64,000 nt of DNA from Eledone cirrhosa (taxonomy: Eukaryota). The position numbers and the translations under genes were made by a program. The notes beneath the pieces are model-generated. The model saw only the letters and a program-made list of their open reading frames with translations. It ran no database searches and was not told where the DNA came from. The stretch is from positions 66,588,001-66,652,000 of the forward strand of contig OZ024745.1 in NCBI GenBank assembly GCA_964016885.1, given 5' to 3'. Numbering within the stretch: position 1 is the stretch's first letter; each line of letters begins with the position of its first letter. Of the stretch, positions 14,269 to 26,880 are shown piece by piece.

Positions 14269-14391
14269 CCATGTGCTTACAAATGTTTCCACGGTGGTAA
14301 TACAGCCTAGTTATGCTATGTGCAAATTTACAACTATTTGCAGAACTCAAATATCAAATGCTGTGACCACTGTATCCTCAGAGCAGAATGG
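14269..14391 (-). ncRNA. Type I hammerhead ribozyme with long stem II insertion, in the PLE pLTR
   Basis: UGCU-CUGAGGA-U ACAGUGGU...~85 nt...ACCACCGU G-GAAA-CAUUUG-UA^AGCA. Stem I UGCU/AGCA is extended by CCAU/AUGG. HHRs in PLE pLTRs are established. Confidence 0.7.
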
Positions 14392-14906
14392 TTTAAATGT
14401 ACAATGTAAATACCCTTAAGTGGGGTTATTGGAGAAGATAGAGTAGAAAAGGAAGAGAGAAAAGTAAGGGAGAGGGAGAGAGAGAGAAAGATATGCAGGT
14501 GTTGGAGAAATAGGAGAGAGTGGTTTGTAGATATCTTAATCAAAATGTTATGGCAGGGGTTTTATTATACTGGTTACTTTTAGAGAGATGAATTGATAGT
14601 CAAGGTTGGAATTATTTATTGCCCGAGAGGGCAGGTTCATAGATGTGGAGAGGGAGGGAGGTAGGCCAAAGGCGAGAGAGAGAGAGAGTGGAATGGATGT
14701 AGAGATAGAGAGATAGAGAGGGGACAGACGAAGTCTATGTGGTGGGTGAACTTAGGGTTCGTAACTTAGGGTTCGGAACTTAGGGTTCGTAATCTGCGAA
14801 TTGCACTGAGTTACCATTTATAGTGATAAGCAGTGTATTGTCTTGTAGTGTGGGGGAAGAGAAGGTGGTTAGCTAGAAAGAGATGTTATAGTTACGGGTT
14901 CGAATG

Positions 14907-16947
14907 TTAAGTTATTTTATAGCGAGAGAATTTAGCTTTTAGTTTGTGGTTGCAGTATAATGATCGTTCGATTCTATCGTTAAGTAGTTTGTTTTTGGAT
15001 TTTAATATGTAAAAGAGTTCAAGGTTACACAACCTACAGTACTTCAATCCACTCCGGTATGCACTTGCGCTGGAAAGTATATCCCATTTTAAGGTGAACT
15101 GTTGGTTGCGTTCACGGAGTTTCCAGGTCTTGTTGGGGAGCGTGGTCACAAAACGGTGATCAGGATGTTTGATTGAGAATCGATGACGGTACCAGCGAGA
15201 TTTAAACGAGGTGGTGGTAGATCCGATATAATACCATTTCTGGTCGTTCGATTCAACCGTGCATTGGTAAACAATGTTGGACTTTAGGCATTCATTCTTC
15301 AATGGACATCTTTCAGGTAGATGGCAGTTACATTCTTTGTTGTGGGTAGCGGGTATACCATGGATAGGTTGTGATAGTAGTACAGGTGGGTTGTGTAATA
15401 CCCGTCTCCCATTTAGTGGTTGGGAGGCAGATATTACGGTCTGCCCATCTGTTATCAAAATATTTTGTTTTGTAGTGTTGTTTAATTGCTTTAAGTTAAG
15501 TTTTTTTATGTATGCTTCAAGGTTTGGTGCGGTGGAGTATGATAGTCTAATAGATTTAGAGTTCAGAATTTTACTGTATTTATGGGAACTAGGGAAATGT
15601 TTGTTGATTAACTTAAAGAATGAAAGAGATAGTTTTGTACTAATCGAGGCATTAAAAATAGGATTATACCAGATATACTTTCTACAACGTGATTTATTTG
15701 GTGGTGATTTACTATTATTAGTATGTCTGGTGGTACTGTGTGTGTGCGCTTATATTTTAGTCCCCCGGGTACGTATTCCTTGATTTCGTGTAGAGCTATG
15801 TGTGTTATGGAGCTTCCTATCAATGTATTCTATTGTATCCCGGTGGTCGGCATTCCTTAATGCATTATTATAGTATTCAGCGTGTTCACTAAAAATATCA
15901 GAGTTAGACGATAGGCGAGAGATTCTAAGAGAAATACTCCGGGGAACCGATTTGATCAGGGAGAGTGGGTGGTTTGAGTTAAAGTTGATATACGTAAGGT
16001 TCTCATTCATCTTGTGGAAGGGTCGTATCTGTCCGGTATTTAAATTAAGAGTTACGTCCAGAAAGTTTACTACTTTAAGATGGTATTCGTATGTTATTTT
16101 TAGACCCAGTTCACTAAAAGATTTTCTAATATTTTTCCATAGCCTTTCAAGATTTTGGTTATTCAAGTTATTAACTAATAAGAGTCCGTCATCTCTGTAT
16201 ATCCCCCCCCCCACTGTAGATTACTAAATTTATTATGTAGTATGTGCGCTATGTAAATTCCCACAAGATCCGTGACCTCCGCTGAGTCGTTGGAACCCAT
16301 GGTAATGTCGAAGTTTGTGGGTCTGTCCTTACGTTCCCAGTAGCAGTTATCAAACTTAATAATAGTTTTTCTAGCCTCGAGAATAATATTAATTTCGTCC
16401 TCCGTTAGGTCGGATTTGACTTTAGCAAACGATAGGGCCTTACGTAAAGTGCTTGGTGAGATTGAAGAGTAGTATTCGTCTATGTCAAATTGTATAAACT
16501 TAGATTTATTCTTATTCTTAACGTTATTAAACCAGCGAATTGCTTCGCTCGTGTTGCCCCATAATTTAATTTCAACTTTCTTTTTCACTTGACTTATTAC
16601 TCTGTCAAGTATATGTTTGCTAATTTTTCCTATGTCTGATTTAGAAGGGCATATAAGTCTAATCTTAGGGTTAGAGTCAAAATGTACCTGATGGTCCTTC
16701 AGGTTGAAGGTGGGGGTAGCGGGTATAATCGGCTCGGTTCTATCGTCTATCTTGAGATTCTTCACCACTTTGTATGCCTCGTTGTTAATATTTGCTAGCG
16801 TAGTTTCATTTGTTTTTCTATATTTTTTGTGTAGTTCGTTGCGTATGAAGTTATTGTACGTATCGATATCCATGGTATACACGTTAGAGGTCTTGTCAGC
16901 TTTCACAACAATACCATTGGTATTTTGCAGTCTTCGGAGTAGTGCTT
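14907..16947 (-). pseudogene. PLE RT-GIY-YIG polyprotein (5'-truncated; one frameshift, one premature stop)
   Basis: RT motifs FIQFDIDEYYSSI, FDITMGSNDSAEV, IYRDDGL and VNFLDVTLNL. Linker WYNPIFN...KHFPSSHKYSKI. CNCx5C, NIVY...YYIG (GIY-YIG), KSRWYRH and CRLC. Frameshift at the poly-C near 16203-16212; in-frame TAA at 15750-15752. Confidence 0.9.
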
Positions 16948-16950
16948 TTA

Positions 16951-17587
16951 GACTATCATACTCCACCGCACCAAACCTTGAAGCATACATAAAAAAAACT
17001 TAACTTAAAGCAATTAAACAACACTACAAAACAAAATATTTTGGTAACAGATGGGCAGAACGTAATATCTGCCTCCCAACCACTAAATGGGAGACGGGTA
17101 TTACACAACCCACCTGTACTGCTGTCACAACCATGGTATACCCGCTACCCACAACAAAGAATGTAACTGCCATCTACCTGAAAGATGTCCATTGAAGAAT
17201 GAATGCCTAAAGTCCAACATTGTTTACCAATGCACGGTTGAATCGAACAACCAGAAATGGTATTATATCGGATCTACCACCACCTCGTTTAAATCTCGCT
17301 GGTACCGTCATCGATTCTCAATCAAACATCCTGATCACCGTTTTGTGACCACGCTCGCCAACAAGACCTGGCAACTCCGTGAACGCAACCAACAGTTCAC
17401 CTTAAAATGGGATATACTTTCCAGCGAAAGTGCATACCGGAGTGGATTGAAGTACTGTAGGTTGTGTAACCTTGAACTCTTTTACATATTAAAATCCAAA
17501 AACAAACTACTTAACGATAGAATCGAACGATCATTATACTGCAACCACAAACTAAAAGCTAAATTCTCTCGCTATAAAATAACTTAA
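16951..17587 (+). pseudogene. Inverted second copy of the PLE linker + GIY-YIG endonuclease domain
   Basis: ORF 17087-17587 is almost identical to the C-terminus of the 14907-15458 product. The upstream part has indels. Confidence 0.88.
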
Positions 17588-18080
17588 CATTCGAACCCGT
17601 AACTATAACATCGCTTTCTAGCTAACCACCTTCTCTTCCCCCACACTACAAGACAATACACTGCTTATCACTATAAATGGTAACTCAGTTCAATTCGCAG
17701 ATTACTACTACGAACCCTAAGTTCACCCACCACATAGACTTCGTCTGTCCCCTCTCTATCTCTCTCTCTCTACATCCATTCCACTCTCTCTCTCTCTCGC
17801 CTTTGGCCTACCTCCCTCCCTCTCCACATCTATGAACCTGCCCTCTGAGGCAATAAATAATTCCGACCTTGACTATCAACGCATCTCTCTAAAAGTAACC
17901 AGTATAATAAAACCCCTACCATAACATTTTGATTAAGATATCTACAAACCACTCTCTTCTATTTCTCCAACCCCTGCATATCTTTCTCTCTCTCTCCCTC
18001 TCCCCTACTTTTCTCTCTTCCTTTTCTACTCTATCTTCTCCAATAACCCCACTTAAGGGTATTTACATTGTACATTTTAA

Positions 18081-18203
18081 CCATTCTGCTCTGAGGATAC
18101 AGTGGTCACAGCATTTGATATTTGAGTTCTGCAAATAGTTGTAAATTTGCACATAGCATAACTAGGCTGTATTACCACCGTGGAAACATTTGTATGCACA
18201 TGG
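18081..18203 (+). ncRNA. Hammerhead ribozyme in the inverted pLTR copy (stem I mismatch next to the cleavage site)
   Basis: TGCT-CTGAGGA (18091-18097)...GAAA (18183-18186)-CATTTG-TA-TGCA. An A>T change relative to the left copy breaks the first stem I pair. Confidence 0.6.
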
Positions 18204-18390
18204 AATAAATTACCTTTTTATGATGTCTACCTGTTAATATTCATTCTTTATATACACTCCAGAATACAGAAGGATCAGGAACTAAGTTTCTTCAACAATT
18301 CTTCCATAACTCGTAGAGTAACATCTCACCGTCCGTCAACCATATCCAGTGTAGTAATTAACCATTACTACATCTAGGATAATCCTATAC

Positions 18391-18424
<34 letters not shown>

Positions 18425-18514
18425 GTGTGTATATACATACATATATATAGATATATTGTTAGGTAATTCAAAAGGAAAATCAAAAGAAAAAAGAGTGCTC
18501 TATGTATAGAACAT

Positions 18515-18584
18515 CTCTGTCTGACGACCGATCCACACGTATATATTATTATCGTCTGTAATCCAGAAACCTTTGGTAATGGAG
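18515..18584 (+). ncRNA. Degenerate type I hammerhead
   Basis: CTCTGT-CTGACGA-...-GAAA-CCTTTGG-TA^ATGGAG. Stems I and III are plausible; stem II pairs poorly. Confidence 0.45.
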
Positions 18585-18618
18585 TAGCTATATTTTGTGT
18601 TGTCCATTCTCTAATTAT

Positions 18619-18668
<50 letters not shown>

Positions 18669-18886
18669 TTCTTTATTTACCATAAAGGCATAAAAAGAAG
18701 GGACAAATACAAAGGGGGAGTTTACATACAATCGAGTAAAAAGGGTATAAAATGAAAATAATCGAAAACAACCTCAAAAGGGAGGGGACGTGATGGGGGT
18801 TGCACCTCCCCCCCCCCGAAAAAGTGTGCAATCCTTTGCCCGGGGAGCACATGGAGAAGGTGCTCCCCTCTCCTTCATTTCTTTAC

Positions 18887-21800
18887 CTACAGGATGGTAT
18901 ACAGAGAAGGCCCATTTACACGAGCCATTCTCGCCACTATCACCCACCTTTCATAAAACTGGCTGTGGCCATGCACCTCTCTCTCCATTCTTATCCTTCT
19001 TCCGAAGTGATATCGGAAGAAGTAGACCAGACTATGGCCAGAGAGGAAGTTGCCTGACCTCAGACCTTTCAATCGTGTCCACCAAACAACCTCTTTCAAC
19101 ATTGCTATTACGCACAGAAAAACCACCTTTGCTTCCTTTGTGAAGAGGGGAGGCGGTTTGATTGTCACCACGGACTCGGCGGTTAATCGAATCGGCGCCA
19201 CCCGCGACAGCAGTCGTTTGGCGTAGCCCGACAGACCAGCCACGCCCGGATATTGCACCAATGCGTGCGCAACGGTTTCTTCGTGACGCACGCATCTAGG
19301 GCAAAACTTTTTCGAGGGATCCCTGCCCGGGCGCCCGTGTCTGTAGAGCCTCTCTCGAACGGGTAGAGCCCCCCGGTAGCACTGCCAGGCTAGTGACTTC
19401 TGGAAGTTGTCCATTGGTCCCAGGCCGAAAGTCCTACCGAACAGGCTGGCCAGTTCGTCCTCTTCCATGTCCAGCGATTCTCCAAGGGTGTCATCGCCCC
19501 TGCTAGCCACCAGCCCTCTATAGAATGATGAGGTGGATTCTCCACCGATGGCCTGGCCCGCTTGCCAGAGAGCCCTGAGCGCCTGAGCACACTCAGTGTG
19601 CCAGTCTCCCAGTTTTCCGGATCTTTGCTTGACCCAGGACTGCAGCTCGGTGAGCGAGACGAGTCTCGGAAAGGCTCGTTTCACGAACGGATCCCACACC
19701 GGTTGACTAGTGAGGAATACCTGTAGGTGCCGTAGCCTTAATGCGTGCCTACGCATCATCAACCATGGCATCCCCAGCCCTCCTTTCGAAGGTTGTTGGC
19801 AGCAGATGGATCTTCTCACCATAGGAGGGCGCTTCTTCCAAAGAAATTGGAAGAGTATGCGTTCCATGGTGGTGAGTGTTTCCTTAGGGCAAGGCACGAC
19901 AGTCAGGCGGTAGTAAGTGACGGACGCTATGTAAATGTTCGCCACCTCCGCCCGGCCTTTTAGGGACAGCTTACACTTGGCCCATTTCTGGGTTAGTGCA
20001 AACACCTTGTTCGTAACCTTGTCCCAGTTCTTTTCCACCTGGAGGTCCGGTCCAAACCAGACCCCAAGCAACTTTACCGGGCCCTCCGTCCAGTCTCCGA
20101 CAACACCATCGGGAGGCATCGGTCTGCCTCTCCACGTTCCGAGTTGCAGCCCGATGGATTTTTCCCGGTTCAGTTTCGCTCCTGACAACCTTTCGTAATC
20201 CTCCAGTAAGGTACCGATCGCCTCGATCTCCGAGTCGGTCGATACCATTACTGTTACGTCATCGGCGTAGGCCGACATCGCTTTGCTCAATCCTGGTTCC
20301 AGCGGGATACCCTGCAATAACTCCAACTTCCTCAGTAAAGGCTCGAGAGTCAATACGTACAGAAGGTAGGAGAGAGGGCACCCCTGTCGAATGGATCGTG
20401 TGATTTCGAACGGCTTCGAAAGGTAGCCGTTCACCTTGATCCTAGAACAGATGTGGTTGCTATGTAAGGCAGTGATCCAGCCTCGGAAAACAGGACCGAA
20501 CCCAGCCGCCGCTAGCACCGCATCCAGGTAACCATGGTCGACCCTATCCAAGTTGTTCAGGGCCCCACCGAAGCCGGGTTTGTTGCCAACCCTCTCTATG
20601 ATGTATCGCATGAGGTGGAGGTTATCGTGAATGGACCTGGATGGGATAGCACATGTCTGCGCATCTCCCACCAGGCTACCCACGACAAGCGCCAACCTCT
20701 TTGCTAACACCTTGGCCAAAATCTTTAACTCTGTGTTTGGCAGGGTTATTGGCCGAAAATTATTTATACTATCCCCCTTGTTCTCGTCCTTCCTCACCAG
20801 CGAGACTACACCCTTGGCTACAGAACAAGGAATTCTCCCGTTCTGCTGCCAATTGCAGTAGACCGCTTCGAGGAGTTCGGAGAAGACCGGCATTGCTAAA
20901 TAAAGTTCGTAGGGTATACCATCGAGACCTGGAGATTTGCGTCTGCTGCATTGGCTCAGCGCATCCCCGATCTCATCAGCCGAGATTGGTCCCTCGCAGG
21001 ACTCTGCCTCTTCGCTCGAGAGACGCGGCAGGTCGTCGAGGTATGGACCGAAATCCACGTCCCCGCCCGGACCCTCCCCTGCCCCGAATAATCGGGCAAA
21101 GTGCCTTTGAAAGGCCTCGCACATCTGCTTAGGCTCCCGGATCACCCGTCCATCCTCGTCTTGCAACGACCGGATGGTGGTTTGATTTCCACTCTTAGCT
21201 TCTGTCACGCGGGCCCAGCCAACGGCTTTGGCCCCCTCATTACCTAGAGCACGTATTTTACTTCGAATGACGCAGCCTTCGTGCTTTGCATCGAAAAACT
21301 GGTTCAAGGCCGTCCTCGATGCCAGTACTCTGGCCACATCTTCGCTCTTGATTGCCTCTTCTAATTTACCTGTTAATTCTTTCTCGTTTCTATTCCTATC
21401 GGCAGCTAACATCTTGCTATAACTTATTGATTTTGTTCTAATCTCTCTTTTGAGAGATGCCCACCATCGGTTGTTGACGATTGCACCCGTCAACCTCTCC
21501 TTAACTAATCTGCTAATCCGGTTTCTGTAAGTCTCTTTTGCCGGTAAAGACAAAATAAGTTGCCAGTAATCGGGACCCTGTTTATGTGTTTTCTCGAGAT
21601 TGACTACGCAGGTCACTAATTTGTGATCCGTATAGCCAACCGTGAGCATTTCTGGACAGCTTAATATGTCCCTATCCTTACTTCTAACTAAGAATCTATC
21701 TAAGTACGATCTAGATTGACCACTGTGGTTCGTCCAAGTCCAGGTAGGCACAGTTGGAAAATCTAGTCGATATCTATCGACCAAGTTAAAACGGTCGAGG

Positions 21801-22303
21801 TACCCCTTGAGGCTGTTACACCCCCCTCTATTAGGACATGCTCCTGCATAGTCCCAACGTGCATCTAGGATGTCATTCCAATCCCCCGCTAGAAGCAGGG
21901 AACGCGACGTTCCCAGAAAAGTCTCCAAACGCTGGAAGAAGTTGGGCCGTTCAGCTCCGAAATGGGAGTAGACGGCGACCAGTCTCAAGGCCGCACCTTC
22001 ATTACTGCCAACGTCTAGCACCAACAAACGACCCTCCGGGTCCGAGTGAACAACCTATACGGCAAGACCCAGGTGTTTTTGCAGCAGTACGACAACTCCA
22101 CCCCCACCTCCAGGTTGACAGAGAGATGCATGCACCACAAAGTCATCGAAGGTAGGGGCCAGCTGCAACACGACGCTGATCCGAGTCTCACAGATAACCA
22201 TTACATTTATACCACATGACCCGAGGTCATTTAGAAGCTTTGCTTGCTTCCAAGTTGAGCCCAGGCCACGTGCATTCAAACATCCTACTCTTAATACATC
22301 CAT
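18887..22303 (-). pseudogene. LINE ORF2 (AP endonuclease + reverse transcriptase), interrupted
   Basis: ORFs 22055-22303 and 18887-22027 share a frame and are split by one TAG. APE motifs: LNARGL, CET, AGDWN, SYLDRF, TDH. RT motifs: KSPGLDG, FRPITL, RQGCPLS, YADD. Motif A reads NLDRVDH, so the usual xxKAFD is missing. Confidence 0.92.
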
Positions 22304-22336
22304 GTGGGCGGCAAAGCCAAAGGAGAGTGTAGAGAC

Positions 22337-24038
22337 CTACCTTTCTGCTTCCCGGGGTTCGGGTTGCACGACTTCCATGGGGTCGGGGGTGTTGGGTGAA
22401 GGGATGTCTTGTGGTGGTGTGGGGTCGTCAGTGTGTGGTGGGGTTGGGGTGTTTGGAGTTGTGTTGGGGAGCGGAAGGGGAGGGGGAAAGCTTTTTAGTA
22501 GGACGCGGTTTATGGGTTTGACAGAGGGTGGTCCTACGTCCCCCTTAAAATCCTTTTTTAGTTTTTGGTAGAGGTTCATTGGGATCTTTATTAATTTTAG
22601 ATGTGGGTAGTTTTCTGAAGAAACAAAGTTTACACCTTCGGTTTGTACCGAAGGATTATTGTTTATGAGTTCATTTAATTTATTATTGTTTCTGTTGATG
22701 TAAGTATAGTGTAATGTCTTTTTTTCGGATGGTGTGAGTGTTTCGAAGAGGGGAGGGGCAGGTTTGGTTTTGTTTGTTGCTGGAGGGGTGTTTAGTGTTT
22801 TGTTGGATTGTGTTGACATTTGGGTGGGGGTTGTTTGGCCTTGTGTGTTTTGCACATGTTTTCTTTTTTTCCTTTTAATCTGTCTGAAGGACTCCGTTTC
22901 TTCCTCCGAATTCGTTGGGTTATCTTCAGTGTTGGAGGGAAGAGGTATGTTTGCTGGTAATGTTTCCGTGTTTGTTTTCTTTGTGGAGGAGATGGATGTC
23001 ACTATGTTAGAGTGTTGTGTGTTGTGGCTGCGGTGGTTGTGTTGTTTTATTGAGTGAGGGGTTGGGTGGGCCTGTATTTTGTTTTGGGGTAATGTGTTGT
23101 GACTGTTTGTGTTGTGGTGGTGGTGTAGTTTTACTGAGGGACGGGTTGGGTGGGACTGAGTTTTGTTGTTTGTTTATCTGTTGTGGTGGTGGTGGTGGAG
23201 CTGGTGTTGGTAGCAGGGTTTTCTTTTTGTTGAGTTGGGGACAAGCTGCCTTCAGGTGCCCTCTGCCTGCACAGATATGACAGGACGGCCTTCTCCCCTC
23301 CACGCTAATGTTTATATAACCGTGGCCCTCTAATAGGATTCTGTCGGGTATTTGGGCGATGCGTTCAGGCTTTATTTGCACTACAAGTTCTATACCTGTT
23401 CCACTGAACGCATTGCCTGTGGTTTTCCCAATGGAAATCACGTTGTCATTCGCTGGATCGATGAAGCCAGCTATGAGCCAGCAGTAGTCCACATCTGGCA
23501 TCATTGCATCCAGCCATATGCGTTGAGTTCTGTTACCCATATAAGATGGATAAAAGGTAAAAATTTTCGAACGAATCGGTGACAAAGCACATTTTTTTGC
23601 CGCCGATTCGTTCTTCATAATAATCGCTAGGCTTCCATACAGTCTGTCTTTTCTTATGAAAGTGGTTTCATTAAGTACTTCTGTAAGTACTGTTTTGATT
23701 TCTATTTGAGTTGGCTGTTCAGGTTTTTTAGAAATGTTGTTGATGGTGCGGAAAACGACCGTTCGACTTTCAATGTCTTTGGTGAGTTCTTGAGGCATTT
23801 TTACCGATAAAATACCATTTTCTCCTTCAGTTATATATTGTTTGGAGTCTGTAATTCTTTGTGCCACATCTGAAATATTTTCAGGTATATATGTCAAAGA
23901 TTTCTTTGTTGTTTGTGCAAATGAAATATTATTGGTGTTGACTTTGTCGTCTGCTTTGCTTTCTGTTATGATGTTGTTTTCAAATGTTATTTTTGTGTTT
24001 GTCGTGTCTTTGTTTGTGGTATTAATATTGTCATGCAA
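22337..24038 (-). pseudogene. LINE ORF1 (gag-like, zinc knuckle), frameshifted near 23005
   Basis: CHICAGRGHLKAAC (CX2CX4HX4C) followed by a Pro/Thr/Gln-rich tail that continues in another frame (22337-23002), directly upstream of ORF2. Confidence 0.8.
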
Positions 24039-24478
24039 TTTTTCAAATTTTTTTTTTTCGTTGTTGGAATCAATGTCCAGATTTGTGTTTTCGTCATTTT
24101 TCTACGCAGATTCGTCTGTTTTTATTTTATTTTTTCTTTCCTTCTCTATGACGTTAGTTGGGAAGAAAGGGGGGACTAAAGCATGCGAGCTTACAACTCT
24201 TACCGATGTCCCTCACCACTATTTTCGTTAGCTTCGTTTAACATTTCTGTCAGACGATTGAAATTTTCTATGCCACAAAATTTTTAAAAACAGGTTTTTC
24301 ACCCCTAGGAGGGGTAAAGATGAGCTGACCCACTGCCTGACAGTTCAGACGGGGGGGGGCAAGCTACACAATAGTATCAAAATTAAAATTGAACTTACAA
24401 AATTTCCGCAATAAATTTGAACAAAACTTCTGCGCGAAGTGAATTACATCTACGCTGTAGAACAGACGACAGCTGGAT

Positions 24479-24557
<79 letters not shown>

Positions 24558-24559
24558 TA

Positions 24560-24730
24560 CAAATGGCTTCTAGAGGACTAGAACTGTTTCATTTGAAGGA
24601 AATCATCAGTAAAGCCCTTCGAATGAAACAGTTCTAGTGCTGAGAAGCCATTTCTATAATAAACATTTATACCTTGCTATGTATTGAGTACCTTACTTGC
24701 TGTGGTTACCCACGATTGAACCCATGATAC
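24560..24730. mobile_element. Short fold-back HHR element, family A copy 1
   Basis: Minus strand 24565-24616: GGCTTTA-CTGATGA-TTTCCTTCAAAT-GAAA-CAG TTCTAGTC CTC-TA-GAAGCC. The tail TATTGAGTACCTTACTT.CTGTGGTTACCC is shared with 57490-57535. Confidence 0.7.
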
Positions 24731-24767
24731 ACACACACACGCACACACACACACTCACACACACACT

Positions 24768-24826
<59 letters not shown>

Positions 24827-24834
<8 letters not shown>

Positions 24835-25039
24835 TTATAAGCTTTCACCGTATTTTAGACTAAAGAAATTTCTAGCCTGATGGTGGGGTTTATAACCGTC
24901 GGAGAAATGGAAAAAGATGAGTGTAGCCGTACATGTACGACAACACTCATCTTTATCCATTTCTCCGAGGGTTATAAACCCCAATATCAGGCTAGAAATT
25001 TCTTAGTCTAAAATACGGTGAAAGCTTATAATTTCTAAT
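24827..25039. repeat. ~105-bp-arm palindrome between (TA)n tracts
   Basis: ATTAGAAATTATAAGCTTTCACCGTATTTTAGAC... mirrored about GTACATGTAC near 24930-24940. Confidence 0.9.
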
Positions 25040-25087
25040 GTCTAATTTCAAACTCGCGCACCGTTTCAAAAACATACATGTTTACGT

Positions 25088-25132
<45 letters not shown>

Positions 25133-26171
25133 CTAAGACGCACCTGTACAATTAAAATGAAACACTTCGAACGAACAACCCTCTTTGTCAGGCAACCTCT
25201 GGGCAACGCAATTTCGTACACATGGGTGAGGTTGCATAGTATTGAACCTATGTTGTACGATGTCCTGAGCAGGACGCCAGAAACATGCATATGATCAAAA
25301 CAACAAACAATCCGCCTAAAACAACGGACTGTTTTCGACTAGGATATCAAGAGAAGTACGTAAACAAATAAGAATAAATAATGTTAAAACTAGAAACATG
25401 ACAGAATACTTTGCAGTGACGTTGTGAGAATTGTAACGCAAGAACGAAAATATAATTTAGGCTTTCGTCAAAGAGTGGAAGGGTAAGTATAAGAGTGATT
25501 TGTCGCACTAGTAAGCAAGCAGTTAGTTAATCAATAAGATGCTCGTAGTGTTAGAGTAATTAGAGTATTTACATTCTTTTACATCATAACTATTTCACGA
25601 GGCCTTCTGGTATTATGCTGGTGTAGTACAACTTCATACGGTGTAGATTCATCACACAAGATTCTTTAACCTCATTAAACTTCAGCCCAATATCCATGTT
25701 CTGTTGCGAATAACAGGTGTTTGATTTCATAACTATTACACGGGAATGCTTTCGCGGTCTTGTCCACGGGGGGGCATTACCACCACGCATTGTTCCCACA
25801 GCCCAATCATCCCACCTCCCTCCATTCTTCTATGACGCTAGAGTCCTCGGCATGCCCTACCTTTTCCGTCGTTTTTTTTCTTTTCTTTATATTTTCCTAT
25901 TTTATATTCCCTTATTTCTTGTAATATAATTTTTTTTCTATTAAATTGTATTTACATGATTTATTCCATAAACAAAGAATTTTACCAATTATAGATTGCA
26001 GGCAGGTTTGCAAGATTTTAACCCAAATTCCTGACCAATTGGCGAGATACAGTTCTAGATCTCAGCTCTGTATTTCGCAAAAGTAATGAAACTCTAAATA
26101 TTTGTATAAGATTGTATAAGTAAGTGACGTGGTTTTGCAGATGATACGTGTATTTATATATACATGTATTC

Positions 26172-26299
<128 letters not shown>

Positions 26300-26329
26300 C
26301 ATATATATATACATATCATATATAAATAA

Positions 26330-26364
<35 letters not shown>

Positions 26365-26744
26365 AATTCACACATACACATACATATATATTTATGAGTG
26401 TGTGTAAGTCTGTATGTGTATGTGTGTGTGAGTCGATTCGAGACATTTGATTTTATTCTGTTATAGCCTGTTGTATTGAAAATTTTCTTCTATTGTTACA
26501 TAATTATCTATTTTATGTAAACTGTATATTTCCAAAAGCGACCTTACAAAACAATGAATTGAACAAATTGATTTTGTCACCTTGACAACATCATCAGTAG
26601 GTGAAACAAATCGTATATTTTATGTTGAAGTTTCGGGATTCTAATTGTAGAAATGTCTGCGATATGATTGTAATATGTTCTAGTATTACAGTTCAACTTC
26701 AAACACCTTGCTTTTGCATCGAACTAATAATTTCAAATGGCGCC

Positions 26745-26880
26745 ATCGAATTGGCAGAATAGTTAGAACATCGGATAGAATGTTTTGCGATATTCGATTC
26801 GGTTCTCTGTTCTCTGAGTTCAAATCCCACCAAGGTCACCTTTGTCGATAAAATATTATCAGTCAAGTACTGGGACTGAT
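26745..26880 (+). mobile_element. tRNA-derived SINE, diverged
   Basis: A-box-like TGGCAGAATAGTTAGA, B-box GAGTTCAAATCCC, partial core. Confidence 0.65.

Larger units (their letters stand above)
14224..18254 (-). mobile_element. Penelope-like retroelement, 5'-truncated, with an inverted duplication of its 3' 1.3 kb
   Basis: Minus-strand RT and GIY-YIG coding sequence at 16947->14907, then a non-coding pLTR ending at (TA)n (14185-14223). 16948-18254 is the reverse complement of 14224-15550. Confidence 0.93.
18669..24478 (-). mobile_element. Tx1/L1-clade non-LTR retrotransposon, apparently full length, inserted in (GATA)n
   Basis: ORF1 has a CCHC knuckle; ORF2 has APE, RT and a C-terminal Cys motif. 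The 3' end reads AATAAAG then (TATC)n. (GATA)n flanks both sides (18619-18668 and 24479-24554). Confidence 0.92.

Noticed and set aside
16948-16990. ATG at 16990 as the true start of the PLE RT ORF
   Set aside because: MYASRFGAVEYDSL is the antisense reading of the inverted arm. The RT is 5'-truncated at ~16947.
24290-24478. HDV-like ribozyme in the Tx1 5' UTR
   Set aside because: I could not build the nested double pseudoknot by eye.
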